From: Oscillospiraceae bacterium
GTDB taxonomy: Bacteria; Bacillota; Clostridia; Oscillospirales; Acutalibacteraceae
Assembly (NCBI GenBank): GCA_902792985.1
Contig: CADBBT010000004.1
Span: 55,235 to 119,234, forward strand
Length of the DNA stretch: 64,000 bases
Direction of reading: 5' to 3'
Both the position numbers and the translations under genes were made by a program. Under the pieces are notes generated by a model that was not told where the DNA came from, did no database searches, and saw only the letters and a list, made by a program, of their open reading frames with translations. Below, one piece after another: positions 26,365 to 35,103 of the stretch. Each line of letters starts with the position of its first letter. Within the stretch, counting starts at the first letter, position 1.

Positions 26365-26514
26365 ATGCGCGTGAAAATCACATTATCCTGCACGGAGTGC
26401 AAACAACGCAACTACAACACAATGAAAAACAAAAAGAACAATCCGGACCGACTGGAGATGAACAAGTATTGCAGATTCTGCAAGAAACATACGCTCCACA
26501 AGGAAACAAAATAA
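26365..26514 (+). CDS. rpmG: 50S ribosomal protein L33 (absent from the supplied ORF track because it is under 60 aa)
   Basis: My translation is [58 protein letters not shown] and the canonical position before secE support it. Confidence 0.92.
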   Translation: MRVKITLSCTECKQRNYNTMKNKKNNPDRLEMNKYCRFCKKHTLHKETK

Positions 26515-26532
26515 GACGGGAGGTACGCTACA

Positions 26533-27078
26533 GTGGCTGACAAAGAAAACAAGGCTGCCGAGACTTCTGAGGTTGTGAAGGCCGAAACCGAAGAAAGCAA
26601 AGCTGCTGCGAAAGTTGCCAAGGCTGCGAAAGCCGCCAAGAAGTCAGATCGTCCCGGTTTCTTCTCCCGTTCCGGCCAGAGCCTCAAGCGTTATTTCAAA
26701 GACGTACGCGGCGAAACGAAAAAGATCGTCTGGCCCGACGCCAAAACCGTGCTGAAAAGCACCGGCGTGGTACTGCTCGTTGTGGTGGTCGTTTCTCTGA
26801 TCATCTGGGGCATCGACACCGGTCTTTCCGCCGGCATCACCGGCTTGAAAAAGCTTGCAACGGGCGATGAGACGTCTGTGAGCGAAACGGTGAGCGAGGA
26901 AACAGCCGAAGGCGAAGACACCACAGCCGAAGCGGCGGAAGGTGAAGAGGCAGAAGGCGAAGAGGCCGAAACCGAAGAAGAAACCAAGGCAGACGAAGCG
27001 GATACGACCGAAGCCGAAAGCGCACAGGCTGACGAAGCTGAAGCACAGACCGAAGCTGAGACAACAGCTGCCGAATAA
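26533..27078 (+). CDS. secE: preprotein translocase subunit SecE with long N- and C-terminal low-complexity extensions
   Basis: Core sequence KRYFKDVRGETKKIVWP followed by a TM helix. GTG start follows GGGAGG. An acidic tail of about 75 aa follows the TM helix. Confidence 0.85.
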   Translation: MADKENKAAETSEVVKAETEESKAAAKVAKAAKAAKKSDRPGFFSRSGQSLKRYFKDVRGETKKIVWPDAKTVLKSTGVVLLVVVVVSLIIWGIDTGLSAGITGLKKLATGDETSVSETVSEETAEGEDTTAEAAEGEEAEGEEAETEEETKADEADTTEAESAQADEAEAQTEAETTAAE

Positions 27079-27096
27079 GCAGCGGGAGGTGTCACA

Positions 27097-27663
27097 ATGT
27101 CAGAATACGCCAGATGGTTTGTGGTACACACGTATTCAGGCTACGAAAACAAGGTTGCATCCAACATTGAGACCGCGGTCGAAAATCGCCGGATGCAGGA
27201 TCAGATCTTTGAAGTCCGCGTGCCGATGGAAACGGTGACGGAGATCAAGGACGAACAAAAAAGAGAAATCGAGCGCAAAATGTTCCCCGGCTATGTGCTC
27301 GTCAAAGTCGCTTGCTCCTACAGACGGCGCAGTGAGTTTGAGGATGAGGAGCTCGCCATGTCCGACGAGGCGTGGTACCTGATCCGCAACACAAGGGGCG
27401 TCACGGGCTTTGTTGGCCCGGGCAGCAAACCGGTCCCCCTGACCGAAGAGGAAGTTGCCGCACTCGGCATCGAAAAGAAGTCAGTGGAGATCAACTACAA
27501 GGTCGGCGACCTTGTCAACATTCAGAGCGGACCGTTCGACGGCTACAGCGGCATCGTGGACAGCATCGACCTGACGAAAGAGATCGTGGTCGTGATGATC
27601 TCCATGCTCGGCCGTGAAACGCCGGTGGAACTTGACCTTTCTCAGGTCGAACCCGCAATCTGA
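27097..27663 (+). CDS. nusG: transcription termination/antitermination factor NusG
   Basis: WFVVHTYSGYENKV NGN domain and KOW motif (GDLVNIQSGPFDGYSGIV). Confidence 0.93.
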   Translation: MSEYARWFVVHTYSGYENKVASNIETAVENRRMQDQIFEVRVPMETVTEIKDEQKREIERKMFPGYVLVKVACSYRRRSEFEDEELAMSDEAWYLIRNTRGVTGFVGPGSKPVPLTEEEVAALGIEKKSVEINYKVGDLVNIQSGPFDGYSGIVDSIDLTKEIVVVMISMLGRETPVELDLSQVEPAI

Positions 27664-27801
27664 TCCCGGGAAACCGGAACACAAACACAAAGTCATTGAC
27701 GGCGCAAGCCGTGTTATGATGAGGGGGCGCTGCTCCCTGTGGGAGATTCGCAAAACTTTCCGCGAATCGCCATCAACCACATTTTTTTGGAGGTGCAAAA
27801 A

Positions 27802-28227
27802 ATGGCTCAAAAGGTAGTAGGCTTAATCAAGCTCCAGATTCCGGCCGGTAAAGCAACGCCGGCACCGCCTGTTGGTCCGGCACTCGGTCAGCACGGTGTG
27901 AACATCATGGCGTTCACGAAGGAATTCAACGAGCGCACAAAGAATGACATCGGATTGATTATCCCCGTTGTCATCACGGTGTATGCCGACCACACATTCT
28001 CGTTCGTAACCAAGACCCCGCCGGCGGCAGTGCTGATCAAAAAGGCATGCGGCATCGACAGCGGTTCCGGTGTTCCGAACAAGACGAAGGTCGCAACCAT
28101 CACGAGTGAGCAGGTTCGTAAAATCGCCGAGCAGAAAATGCCCGACCTGAACGCTGCAAGCATTGAGACCGCGATGAGCATGATCGCCGGCACATGCCGC
28201 AGCATGGGCGTTGTTGTCGCTGATTAA
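27802..28227 (+). CDS. rplK: 50S ribosomal protein L11
   Basis: [31 protein letters not shown] at 27802 follows GGAGGTG. Confidence 0.95.
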   Translation: MAQKVVGLIKLQIPAGKATPAPPVGPALGQHGVNIMAFTKEFNERTKNDIGLIIPVVITVYADHTFSFVTKTPPAAVLIKKACGIDSGSGVPNKTKVATITSEQVRKIAEQKMPDLNAASIETAMSMIAGTCRSMGVVVAD

Positions 28228-28294
28228 CGATTCACAATCATGATTCCGGGTGGGAGGAACTTTTCCGATGAACCACTCTATAGGAGGATGAACT

Positions 28295-29005
28295 ATGAAA
28301 CATGGTAAAAAGTATGTTGAAAGCGCAAAGCTGTTCGACAAAATTTCCCTTTATGATCCTGCTGAAGCGTTGGAGCTGAGCATCAAAACCGCGACCGCGA
28401 AATTCGATGAGACCATCGAAGCGCATATCCGTCTGGGCGTTGACTCCCGTCACGCTGACCAGCAGGTGCGCGGCGCTGTGGTGCTTCCCAACGGCACAGG
28501 TAAAACCGTCCGCGTTGCGGTGTTCGCCAAGGGCGACGACGCAAAGGCTGCTGAAGCTGCGGGCGCAGACGTGGTCGGCGCTGAGGATCTCGTACAGAAG
28601 ATCCAGGGCGAAGGCTGGATGGAATTCGACGTTGCGATCGCGACCCCGAACATGATGGGTCTCGTCGGTCGTCTTGGTAAGCTGCTCGGTCCCCGCGGTT
28701 TGATGCCGTCGCCGAAAGCCGGCACTGTGACCCCGAACGTGGCGCAGGCTGTTACCGAAGCGAAAGCCGGTAAGATCGAATACCGTCTGGACAAGACCAA
28801 CATCATCCACTGCCCGATCGGCAAGGCCTCCTTCGGCACCGAAAAGCTGAACGAGAACTTTACCACGCTGCTGGACGCCATCATCAAGGCGAAGCCGGCC
28901 GCTGCCAAGGGTCAGTACATCCGCTCCTGCGTTGTTGCTGCAACCATGGGCCCCGGCATCCGTGTCAACCCGAATAAGGTTGGTTCCGCTGCCGCTGAAA
29001 AATAA
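28295..29005 (+). CDS. rplA: 50S ribosomal protein L1
   Basis: [30 protein letters not shown]. Confidence 0.95.
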   Translation: MKHGKKYVESAKLFDKISLYDPAEALELSIKTATAKFDETIEAHIRLGVDSRHADQQVRGAVVLPNGTGKTVRVAVFAKGDDAKAAEAAGADVVGAEDLVQKIQGEGWMEFDVAIATPNMMGLVGRLGKLLGPRGLMPSPKAGTVTPNVAQAVTEAKAGKIEYRLDKTNIIHCPIGKASFGTEKLNENFTTLLDAIIKAKPAAAKGQYIRSCVVAATMGPGIRVNPNKVGSAAAEK

Positions 29006-29017
29006 TTTCAAAAATAC

Positions 29018-29046
29018 TTGACATCGCGATTGCGATGCGGTATAAT
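29018..29046 (+). promoter_or_regulatory. rplJL promoter
   Basis: TTGACA TCGCGATTGCGATGCGG TATAAT with an exact 17-nt spacer. Confidence 0.75.
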
Positions 29047-29052
29047 AATCAA

Positions 29053-29190
29053 GCTGTTTACCAAAGACAGCAGGTGTTTTAACTGAAAGGCTTTTGCCGC
29101 CTGCCGAGGAGACTGCGCAAGTAGATTGTCTTACTGTGCCCTTTCTTCGGTTTGGAGAAAGGGCTTTTCTGTTGCACAAAATAATTTCAG
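29053..29190 (+). promoter_or_regulatory. rplJ (L10-type) ribosomal protein leader with an attenuator hairpin
   Basis: Structured leader of about 140 nt in the canonical position. GCCCTTTCT ... AGAAAGGGC followed by TTTTCT (29138-29170) lies just before the SD. Confidence 0.6.
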
Positions 29191-29203
29191 GAGGTGACTT
29201 CAT

Positions 29204-29758
29204 TTGCCAAGTGCTAAAGTTTTGGAACAGAAGCAGCAGGTCGTAGCCGCGCTCGTTGAACGTCTCAATGCTTCCTGTGCCGGCGTCATCGTCGACTACA
29301 AGGGCATCACCGTGACCGACGACACCGCGCTGCGTAAGGAACTGCGTGAGGCCGGTGTGGAATATACCGTCGTCAAGAACACGCTCCTTCGTCTTGCGAT
29401 CGCTTCTACCGAGCTGGCTGGTTTGGAAACCGTCTTGGACGGAACGACCGCCATCGCCACAAGCGCAGATGATTACGTAGCTGCTGCTCGCATTCTCAGC
29501 AAGTTTGCAGACACACACAAGGATTTCACAATCAAAAACGGCTTCCTCGATCGTGAAGTGATCGACACAGCCAAGATCTCCGGTCTTGCAAAGCTGCCCT
29601 CGCGCGAAGTTTTGCTTGCCCAAGTGCTGGGTGCCTTCCAGGCGCCGATTTCCGCCTTCGCCCGCGCCATTCAGGCGATCGTCGACAAAGACGGCGAAGA
29701 CTCCGCTCCTGCTGCTGAAGAAGCACCGGCCGCTGAAGAAGCGCCCGCAGAAGCGTAA
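29204..29758 (+). CDS. rplJ: 50S ribosomal protein L10
   Basis: TTG start after AGGAGGTG. L10 fold with an Ala/Glu/Pro-rich C-terminal extension. Confidence 0.92.
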   Translation: MPSAKVLEQKQQVVAALVERLNASCAGVIVDYKGITVTDDTALRKELREAGVEYTVVKNTLLRLAIASTELAGLETVLDGTTAIATSADDYVAAARILSKFADTHKDFTIKNGFLDREVIDTAKISGLAKLPSREVLLAQVLGAFQAPISAFARAIQAIVDKDGEDSAPAAEEAPAAEEAPAEA

Positions 29759-29796
29759 CAACACTCAACTTTTGAATTAAATGGAGGTAAATTACC

Positions 29797-30174
29797 ATGG
29801 CATCTGAAAAGATTACTGCGATCATTGAAGAACTGAAAACCCTGACCGTGCTCGAGCTCGCTGACCTCGTTCACGCTGTTGAAGATGAATTCGGCGTGTC
29901 CGCTGCTGCGGCTGTCGTCGCTGCTGGCCCGGTGGAAGCTGCCGGTGCTGCTGCTGAAGAAAAGACGGAATTTGATCTTGAGCTGACCGAGATCGGCGCG
30001 AACAAGATCGCTGTCATCAAGGCTGTCCGCGAACTGACCGGCCTTGGCCTGAAGGAAGCGAAAGAAGCCGTTGACGGCGCTCCGAAGGTCATCAAGGAAG
30101 CGATGAGCAAGGACGACGCTGAAGCTGCGAAGGCTAAGCTTGAAGAAGCCGGCGCAAAGGCGACCCTGAAATAA
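29797..30174 (+). CDS. rplL: 50S ribosomal protein L7/L12
   Basis: [23 protein letters not shown]... Confidence 0.95.
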   Translation: MASEKITAIIEELKTLTVLELADLVHAVEDEFGVSAAAAVVAAGPVEAAGAAAEEKTEFDLELTEIGANKIAVIKAVRELTGLGLKEAKEAVDGAPKVIKEAMSKDDAEAAKAKLEEAGAKATLK

Positions 30175-30190
30175 GATTGACTTCAAATAA

Positions 30191-30233
30191 AAAAGCAGTC
30201 GAATTGTTCGACTGCTTTTTTTTATGTGGAATT
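30191..30233 (+). terminator. rplL terminator
   Basis: AAAAGCAGTCGAA TTG TTCGACTGCTTTT followed by a T-run. Confidence 0.8.
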
Positions 30234-30253
30234 TGGAGTGTGGAATGTGGAAT
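30226..30253. repeat. short tandem repeat TGTGGAA x3
   Basis: GTGGAAT TTGGAG TGTGGAA TGTGGAA, immediately after the rplL terminator. Confidence 0.5.
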
Positions 30254-30330
30254 CGTTCTGTCGGGTGCAGGGGAGCGGTACATAAAAACGACCGCCCCAG
30301 CCGGAGCGGTCGTTCTATTCAATTTCAGCC

Positions 30331-30945
30331 TTATTCTTCCGTCGTGCTTGCCGCCTTTGCCTTTTTCAGCGAGCGCAGCCGCGGCGCACGCAGGTCGAGC
30401 AGGGAGCCGAGGATCAGCGCGCCGATCACGGTGATGATGAGCTCCGGAAGCATATAGGAGCCGTTGTAGGTCAGCGAGTAGATCAGCACCGGCGTGTCCT
30501 CCGCGTAGCCGCCCCAGATCGTTGCGCCGGAAATGAAGTGGCAGATGAAGCGGATCACGGAAACGAGGGCGCCGCCCGCTGCCAGCGAAAGGGCCTGATT
30601 CTTGATCGTGCCGCGGAAAACGCCGCCCAGACCAAGGGACGAGAAGGCGATGACATAATCGGCAAAAATCAGGATCAAATAGGCCGCGATGCCGGTGACA
30701 TAGGAGAAGTTGGCAAGGCCGAACAGCATCTCAATGATGCCCATGGCAAGGCCGGTGAACAGACCCCATTTCACGCCGTGGCGGTAACCGATGACGACGA
30801 TCGGAAGCTGCGAGAAGAACGTCACCGAGCCGCCGTAGGGCAGTTTGATGGGCGTGAACTCGTTGAGCACAACGGCGAGGGCGAGCATGATGCCGCATTC
30901 CGCCAGCCGCTGCACGGAGGAGATGGATGATTTTTGATTCGACAT
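30331..30945 (-). CDS. thiT: thiamine ECF transporter S component (ThiT-like)
   Basis: 204-aa polytopic protein directly downstream of a TPP riboswitch. ATG at 30945 follows AAAGGAAG. Confidence 0.75.
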   Translation of the reverse strand: MSNQKSSISSVQRLAECGIMLALAVVLNEFTPIKLPYGGSVTFFSQLPIVVIGYRHGVKWGLFTGLAMGIIEMLFGLANFSYVTGIAAYLILIFADYVIAFSSLGLGGVFRGTIKNQALSLAAGGALVSVIRFICHFISGATIWGGYAEDTPVLIYSLTYNGSYMLPELIITVIGALILGSLLDLRAPRLRSLKKAKAASTTEE

Positions 30946-30970
30946 GGGAATCTTCCTTTCTTTTTGGGCG

Positions 30971-31009
30971 AAAAAAACACGCCCGTGAATTTTAAACATC
31001 ACAAGGCGT
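30971..31009 (-). terminator. TPP riboswitch expression-platform terminator
   Basis: Minus strand ACGCCTTGTGA...TCACGGGCGT followed by GTTTTTTT. Confidence 0.65.
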
Positions 31010-31013
31010 TTCA

Positions 31014-31243
31014 TTACGTCCCTACGCCGGCATTATCCGGATCAGGTTGGGTTTCACTTAGGTACCCGCTGATTAACTCGGTGCGTGAAGATTGGCGAGG
31101 AAATTTTTCGTCAGATGTAACAGAAATCGCGCAGCAAACCTGACGGTTTGTAAGAGATTTCTGTGCAAAATGACGTCAATGTTTGCGAATTCGAGTTAAT
31201 CAGTGGGTACTTAGCAGTGATCTCAGCCGTAGCACCCCTGTAA
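31014..31243 (-). promoter_or_regulatory. TPP (THI-box) riboswitch, interrupted by a 149-bp MITE
   Basis: Minus strand reads TTACAGGGGTGCTACGGCTGAGATCACTGCTAA [MITE] GTGAAACCCAACCTGATCCGGATAATGCCGGCGTAGGGACGTAA. All conserved TPP aptamer blocks are present (GGGGTGC, GCTGAGA, ACCC, CCTGATCNGGATAATGCCNGCG, AGGGA). Confidence 0.85.
31062..31210 (+). mobile_element. MITE copy A (149 bp, non-autonomous)
   Basis: 19-bp TIRs GTACCCGCTGATTAACTCG / CGAGTTAATCAGTGGGTAC, flanked by a TTAG direct duplication (31058-31061 and 31211-31214). It is the reverse complement of the element at 58784-58942. Confidence 0.85.
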
Positions 31244-31257
31244 CATTTATTGAATGC

Positions 31258-31286
31258 ATTATAGCACCGTGCCGGCGGAAAGTCAA
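31258..31286 (-). promoter_or_regulatory. promoter of the TPP riboswitch and thiT
   Basis: Minus strand TTGACT, 17 nt, then TATAAT, about 15 nt upstream of the P1 stem. Confidence 0.7.
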
Positions 31287-31294
31287 GGGCGCAG

Positions 31295-31323
31295 TTGCAT
31301 TTTTTGAAAAAACGTGCTACAAT
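31295..31323 (+). promoter_or_regulatory. queH promoter
   Basis: TTGCAT, 17 nt, then TACAAT, back-to-back with the thiT promoter. Confidence 0.6.
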
Positions 31324-31338
31324 GCTTACGGTGATGAT

Positions 31339-31977
31339 ATGCGCAATTATCAAAAAGAGCTGGACGCGCTGATCGAGCGCCATACGGCTGCGGGCGAGGT
31401 GCCGACGCTGCTGCTGCATGCCTGCTGCGCCCCTTGCAGCAGCTACTGTCTGGAGTATCTTTCACAGTATTTTTCGATCACTTTGTTTTATTACAACCCG
31501 AACATCTACCCCGCGCAGGAGTACACCCACCGTGTGCAGGAGGCGCGGCGCTTGTGCGCGACTCTGCCGGCAAAGCACCCGATCACCTTTTTGGAGGGCA
31601 CGTTTGATCCGCAGCGGTTTTATGACGCGGTACGCGGATTGGAGGGCGAACCCGAAGGCGGCGCGCGATGCCGGGTCTGCTTCCGCCTGCGGTTGGAGGA
31701 AGCGGCAAAACAGGCGAAGAAGGGCGGCTTCGATTATTTTACGACCACACTGTCGATCAGTCCGCTGAAAGATGCGGCTGTGCTCAACGAAGAAGGGGAG
31801 CGCGCCGCGGAAAAATTCGGCGTGCGCCATCTGCCGTCCAACTTCAAGAAAAAGGGCGGCTATCAGCGCTCCATCGTCCTGTCGAGGGAATATGACTTGT
31901 ATCGGCAAAACTACTGCGGCTGCGTGTTTTCGAATGCGCAGTCGAGGAATGTAGGGACTGAGGGATTAAGGGATTAA
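31339..31977 (+). CDS. queH: epoxyqueuosine reductase QueH (DUF208)
   Basis: LLLHACCAPCSSY motif and the CGC..S C-terminal motif. I chose the ATG at 31339 because the track start at 31183 lies inside the MITE. Confidence 0.85.
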   Translation: MRNYQKELDALIERHTAAGEVPTLLLHACCAPCSSYCLEYLSQYFSITLFYYNPNIYPAQEYTHRVQEARRLCATLPAKHPITFLEGTFDPQRFYDAVRGLEGEPEGGARCRVCFRLRLEEAAKQAKKGGFDYFTTTLSISPLKDAAVLNEEGERAAEKFGVRHLPSNFKKKGGYQRSIVLSREYDLYRQNYCGCVFSNAQSRNVGTEGLRD

Positions 31978-32005
31978 GGGACTGAGGGATTGAGGAGTTA
32001 AGTTG
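31951..32005 (+). repeat. octamer tandem repeat TRAGGGAY (about 6 units) at the queH 3' end
   Basis: GTAGGGAC TGAGGGAT TAAGGGAT TAAGGGAC TGAGGGAT TGAGGAGT TAAG. The queH stop codon lies inside it. Confidence 0.7.
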
Positions 32006-32045
32006 AGATTGTGTTCCGGAATCAGTCAAATATATCAAAGATAAC

Positions 32046-32080
32046 AAAAAGAACTGCGATCACTTCACAGTTCTTTTTTT
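32046..32080. terminator. bidirectional terminator between convergent queH and gpx
   Basis: AAAAAGAACTG CGATCACTTCA CAGTTCTTTTT. Confidence 0.75.
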
Positions 32081-32100
32081 CGTTCGGAAGAGGAACGCAA

Positions 32101-32133
32101 CCCTCATTCTCTGATTCCCTTCATCCCTGATCC
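32101..32133 (-). repeat. inverted, degenerate copy of the GGGA-octamer repeat in the gpx 3' UTR
   Basis: Minus strand CTGAGGATCAGGGATGAAGGGAATCAGAGAATGAGGG begins right after the gpx stop. Confidence 0.6.
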
Positions 32134-32676
32134 TCAGATCAGCTTTTCCACAGCCGCGGCAACGTTCTTCATGTTCTCGGTCGGCTCAAAGCGCGCGACA
32201 ACGTTGCCCTGACGGTCCACCAGGAATTTGGTGAAGTTCCATTTGATGTTCGGGTTCTTTTTGTAATCCTTGTCGATGCCCTTGAGCATGACGCTCATCG
32301 CAAGCGCTTTCGGACCGCTGCCGAAGCCTTTGAAGCCCTGCTGCTCCTTGAGGTAGGTGTACAGCGGCAGCTCGTTTTCACCGTTGACGTCGCTCTTTTT
32401 CATCTGCGGGAACTGCGTCTTGTATTTCAGCGTGCAGAACTCGTGGATCTCGTCGTCGGTGCCCGGCGTCTGACCGGCAAACTGATTGCACGGCACGTCG
32501 ATGATCTCAAGTCCCTTGTCGTGGAATTGTTCATACAGCGCTTCCAGATCCTCATATTGCGGGGTGAAGCCGCAGCCGGTGGCGGTGTTGACGATCAGCA
32601 TCACTTTGCCTTCAAAGTCTTTCAGCGGAACCTGCACGCCCTTCGGCGCTTCCAGAATGAAATCATAAATTCTCAT
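32134..32676 (-). CDS. glutathione peroxidase family protein
   Basis: LIVNTATGCGFTPQY, FPCNQF-like (VPCNQFAGQ) and WNFTKFLV motifs. Confidence 0.88.
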   Translation of the reverse strand: MRIYDFILEAPKGVQVPLKDFEGKVMLIVNTATGCGFTPQYEDLEALYEQFHDKGLEIIDVPCNQFAGQTPGTDDEIHEFCTLKYKTQFPQMKKSDVNGENELPLYTYLKEQQGFKGFGSGPKALAMSVMLKGIDKDYKKNPNIKWNFTKFLVDRQGNVVARFEPTENMKNVAAAVEKLI

Positions 32677-32752
32677 GGTATGACCTCCTATATTGAATTC
32701 TGTTTCATTTTACGAAACTTTATTCGCGTTTGTCAAGGCGTTTTGCGACGGT

Positions 32753-33400
32753 TTAATTCTTTTTATTATTTCTGTCGATCACCGCACAGTCACCGAGGAT
32801 CTCCGGACGACTGCGCAGAGAGTCCGCTTCTGTCAGCGTGCGGATCACACGGCAGGGGTTGCCGGCGGCAAAGGAGTTCGGCGGGATGTCGCGCGTGACA
32901 ACGCTGCCTGCGCCGATCACACAGCCGTCGCCGATCGTAACGCCGGGGCAAACGACCACGTTTGCGCACAGCCAGCAGCCGTTGCCGATGTGTACCGGTT
33001 TGGCATAGCACAGCCGCCGCGCGGTCCCGTCGGGGCAAAGCAGCGCCTCGCGTTCGCTTTGCAGCATCGGGTGGCAGGGTGTGACGATGGTGACGTTTGG
33101 GCCGAAATCGCAGTGTTCACCGATGAAAACGTCGGTGTCATCCTGACAGGTGAAGTTGAAATTGATGAAGGTGTGCGCGCCGATATGCGTGTGTATGCCG
33201 TAATGGAAGGTGATCGGCCCGTTGAAAAACACGCCCTCGTTCACTTCGCCGAGCAGGTCGCGCAAAACCGCTGCGCGTTCAGCACTTTGGTCTTCGTCCA
33301 GCGCGTTGAACCTGCGGTTGAGATCGTGCGCGATCACTTTTCTTTGCTTGCGCCAAGGCTCCACAGGGTCATAAAGCATTCCGTTGCAATCGTCGAGCAT
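32753..33400 (-). CDS. sugar O-acetyltransferase (maltose/galactoside acetyltransferase family)
   Basis: Mac N-terminal segment (MLYDP...) followed by hexapeptide repeats (IGNGCWLCANVVVCPGVTIGDGCVIGAGSVV). Confidence 0.85.
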   Translation of the reverse strand: MLDDCNGMLYDPVEPWRKQRKVIAHDLNRRFNALDEDQSAERAAVLRDLLGEVNEGVFFNGPITFHYGIHTHIGAHTFINFNFTCQDDTDVFIGEHCDFGPNVTIVTPCHPMLQSEREALLCPDGTARRLCYAKPVHIGNGCWLCANVVVCPGVTIGDGCVIGAGSVVTRDIPPNSFAAGNPCRVIRTLTEADSLRSRPEILGDCAVIDRNNKKN

Positions 33401-33403
33401 GGA

Positions 33404-34957
33404 TCAGTCCTCACTATTCGCCGCTGCGTCCTGCGCGATCGCGGCCGCCATCTCGCGTTCGATCTGCGGGTCATAGGAGAGCATGGGCGCTTCGTCTTTG
33501 TTTTTGATCACGCGGTTCACATAGTTCTTTGTGATGCGTGAAACCACAGGGAAGAGCACTACAACGCCGATCAGGTTCGGGATCATCATCAAACCGTTGA
33601 ATGTGTCGGAAATGTCCCACGCAAGTGAGGAAGTCATGACGGCGCCGGAGATGATCATCAGCACAAAGATGATCTTATAGACAACGGTGGATTTCGTGCC
33701 GAAGAGGTATTCCACAGCCTTGGTGCCGTACTGCGACCAGCCGAGCACGGTCGTGAACGCGAACAGCAGCATGGCGATCGCGATGAACATCTCACCGAGG
33801 TAGCCGAAGGATTCGCCGAAGACCTGTGCAACGAGCGTCGCGTCGCTGATGCCCTCTTTGACAAAGCCGGTCGCAAGGTCGATATGGCCGGAGGAAAGCA
33901 CAACGATGGCGGTCATGGTGCAGACAACGAAGGTGTCGAAGAACACTTCAAAGATGCCCCACATGCCCTGACGGACAGGCTCTTTGACGTTGGAGGAGGA
34001 GTGGACCATCACAGAGGAGCCGAGACCGGCCTCGTTGGAGAACACGCCGCGCTTGCAGCCCTGGGTGATGACCTGGCTGATCGCGATGCCGGCCGCGCCG
34101 CCGACTGCGGCTTTGACGCCGAAGGCGAATTTGAAGATCGCGGCGAACATGGCGCCGATGTTGCGGTAGTTCATGATGCAGATGATCAGCGCGCCGACAA
34201 CATAGATGATGGACATGAACGGCACCACACGTTCGGCGAAGGAGGCGATGCGCTGCAGACCGCCGAGGATGATGAGGGCGGCAAGGATCATGAGCGCAAC
34301 ACCGATGATGATGCTGATCACGGGAATGCCGCCGACTGTGCCGAGCGCTTCGGGATTTTTGAAGAACGCGGACTGCAGGTTCAACGTGATCTTGTTGACC
34401 TGACCCATGTTGCCGATACCGAAGGAGGCGAGGACGGCAAAGATCGCAAACAGCACGGCGAGCACCTTGCTGATGCCTTTCATGCCTTTTTTGCTGCCGA
34501 GGCCGTCCGCAAGGTAGTACATTGCGCCGCCCGACCATTCGCCGTCACGGTTGCGGCGGCGGTAATAGATGCCGAGCACGTTTTCGGAATAGTTCGTCAT
34601 CATGCCGAGAAAGGCTGCGACCCACATCCAGAACACAGCGCCCGGGCCGCCGATCACGATGGCGGCGGAAACGCCTGCGATGTTGCCGGTACCGATCGTT
34701 GCGGCAAGGGCGGTGCAAAGCGCCTGGAACTGCGAGATGCTCTTCTTGTCGGTCTTTGCGCGCGAGGCGCTGCCTTTGCCGAAGATGCTGCCGATGGTCT
34801 CCTTCCACCAGTGACCGATGTGGGACACCTGGAAGAAGCGGGTGGAAACGGTCATGATGACGCCGGTTCCGATCAGCAGCACAAGGCCGATCTTGACCCA
34901 AACGAAGCCGTTGATGGCGTCGTTGACGGCAGCGAGTTTGTCAAAAAAGTTTTCCAT
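33404..34957 (-). CDS. alanine/glycine:cation symporter (AGCS family)
   Basis: ISQFQALCTALAATIGTGNIAGV signature. ATG at 34957 follows AAAGGAAAG. A glycine riboswitch precedes it. Confidence 0.88.
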   Translation of the reverse strand: MENFFDKLAAVNDAINGFVWVKIGLVLLIGTGVIMTVSTRFFQVSHIGHWWKETIGSIFGKGSASRAKTDKKSISQFQALCTALAATIGTGNIAGVSAAIVIGGPGAVFWMWVAAFLGMMTNYSENVLGIYYRRRNRDGEWSGGAMYYLADGLGSKKGMKGISKVLAVLFAIFAVLASFGIGNMGQVNKITLNLQSAFFKNPEALGTVGGIPVISIIIGVALMILAALIILGGLQRIASFAERVVPFMSIIYVVGALIICIMNYRNIGAMFAAIFKFAFGVKAAVGGAAGIAISQVITQGCKRGVFSNEAGLGSSVMVHSSSNVKEPVRQGMWGIFEVFFDTFVVCTMTAIVVLSSGHIDLATGFVKEGISDATLVAQVFGESFGYLGEMFIAIAMLLFAFTTVLGWSQYGTKAVEYLFGTKSTVVYKIIFVLMIISGAVMTSSLAWDISDTFNGLMMIPNLIGVVVLFPVVSRITKNYVNRVIKNKDEAPMLSYDPQIEREMAAAIAQDAAANSED

Positions 34958-35103
34958 GGAGTTCTTTCCTTTCACTGTGCGAGCGCACATTATTTTTATA
35001 AAAATAAAAACGAACCGTGTCAACGCGGTCCGCTCAAACAAAGGCAATTTCATCACGCCGAAAACCGCCCGGGCCGGGCAGCGGCGCAAGAAAAAACAAC
35101 TTT

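Noticed and set aside
27664-27801. L11/L1 operon leader or promoter upstream of rplK
   Set aside because: A TTGACG box is present, but its spacing to the nearest -10-like hexamer is wrong (about 13 nt), and I could not recognise a defined leader structure. rplKA may be co-transcribed with nusG.
31183-31338. N-terminal extension of queH given in the ORF track (start at 31183)
   Set aside because: The extension begins inside the MITE and crosses two promoters. QueH homology starts at MRNYQKELD (31339).
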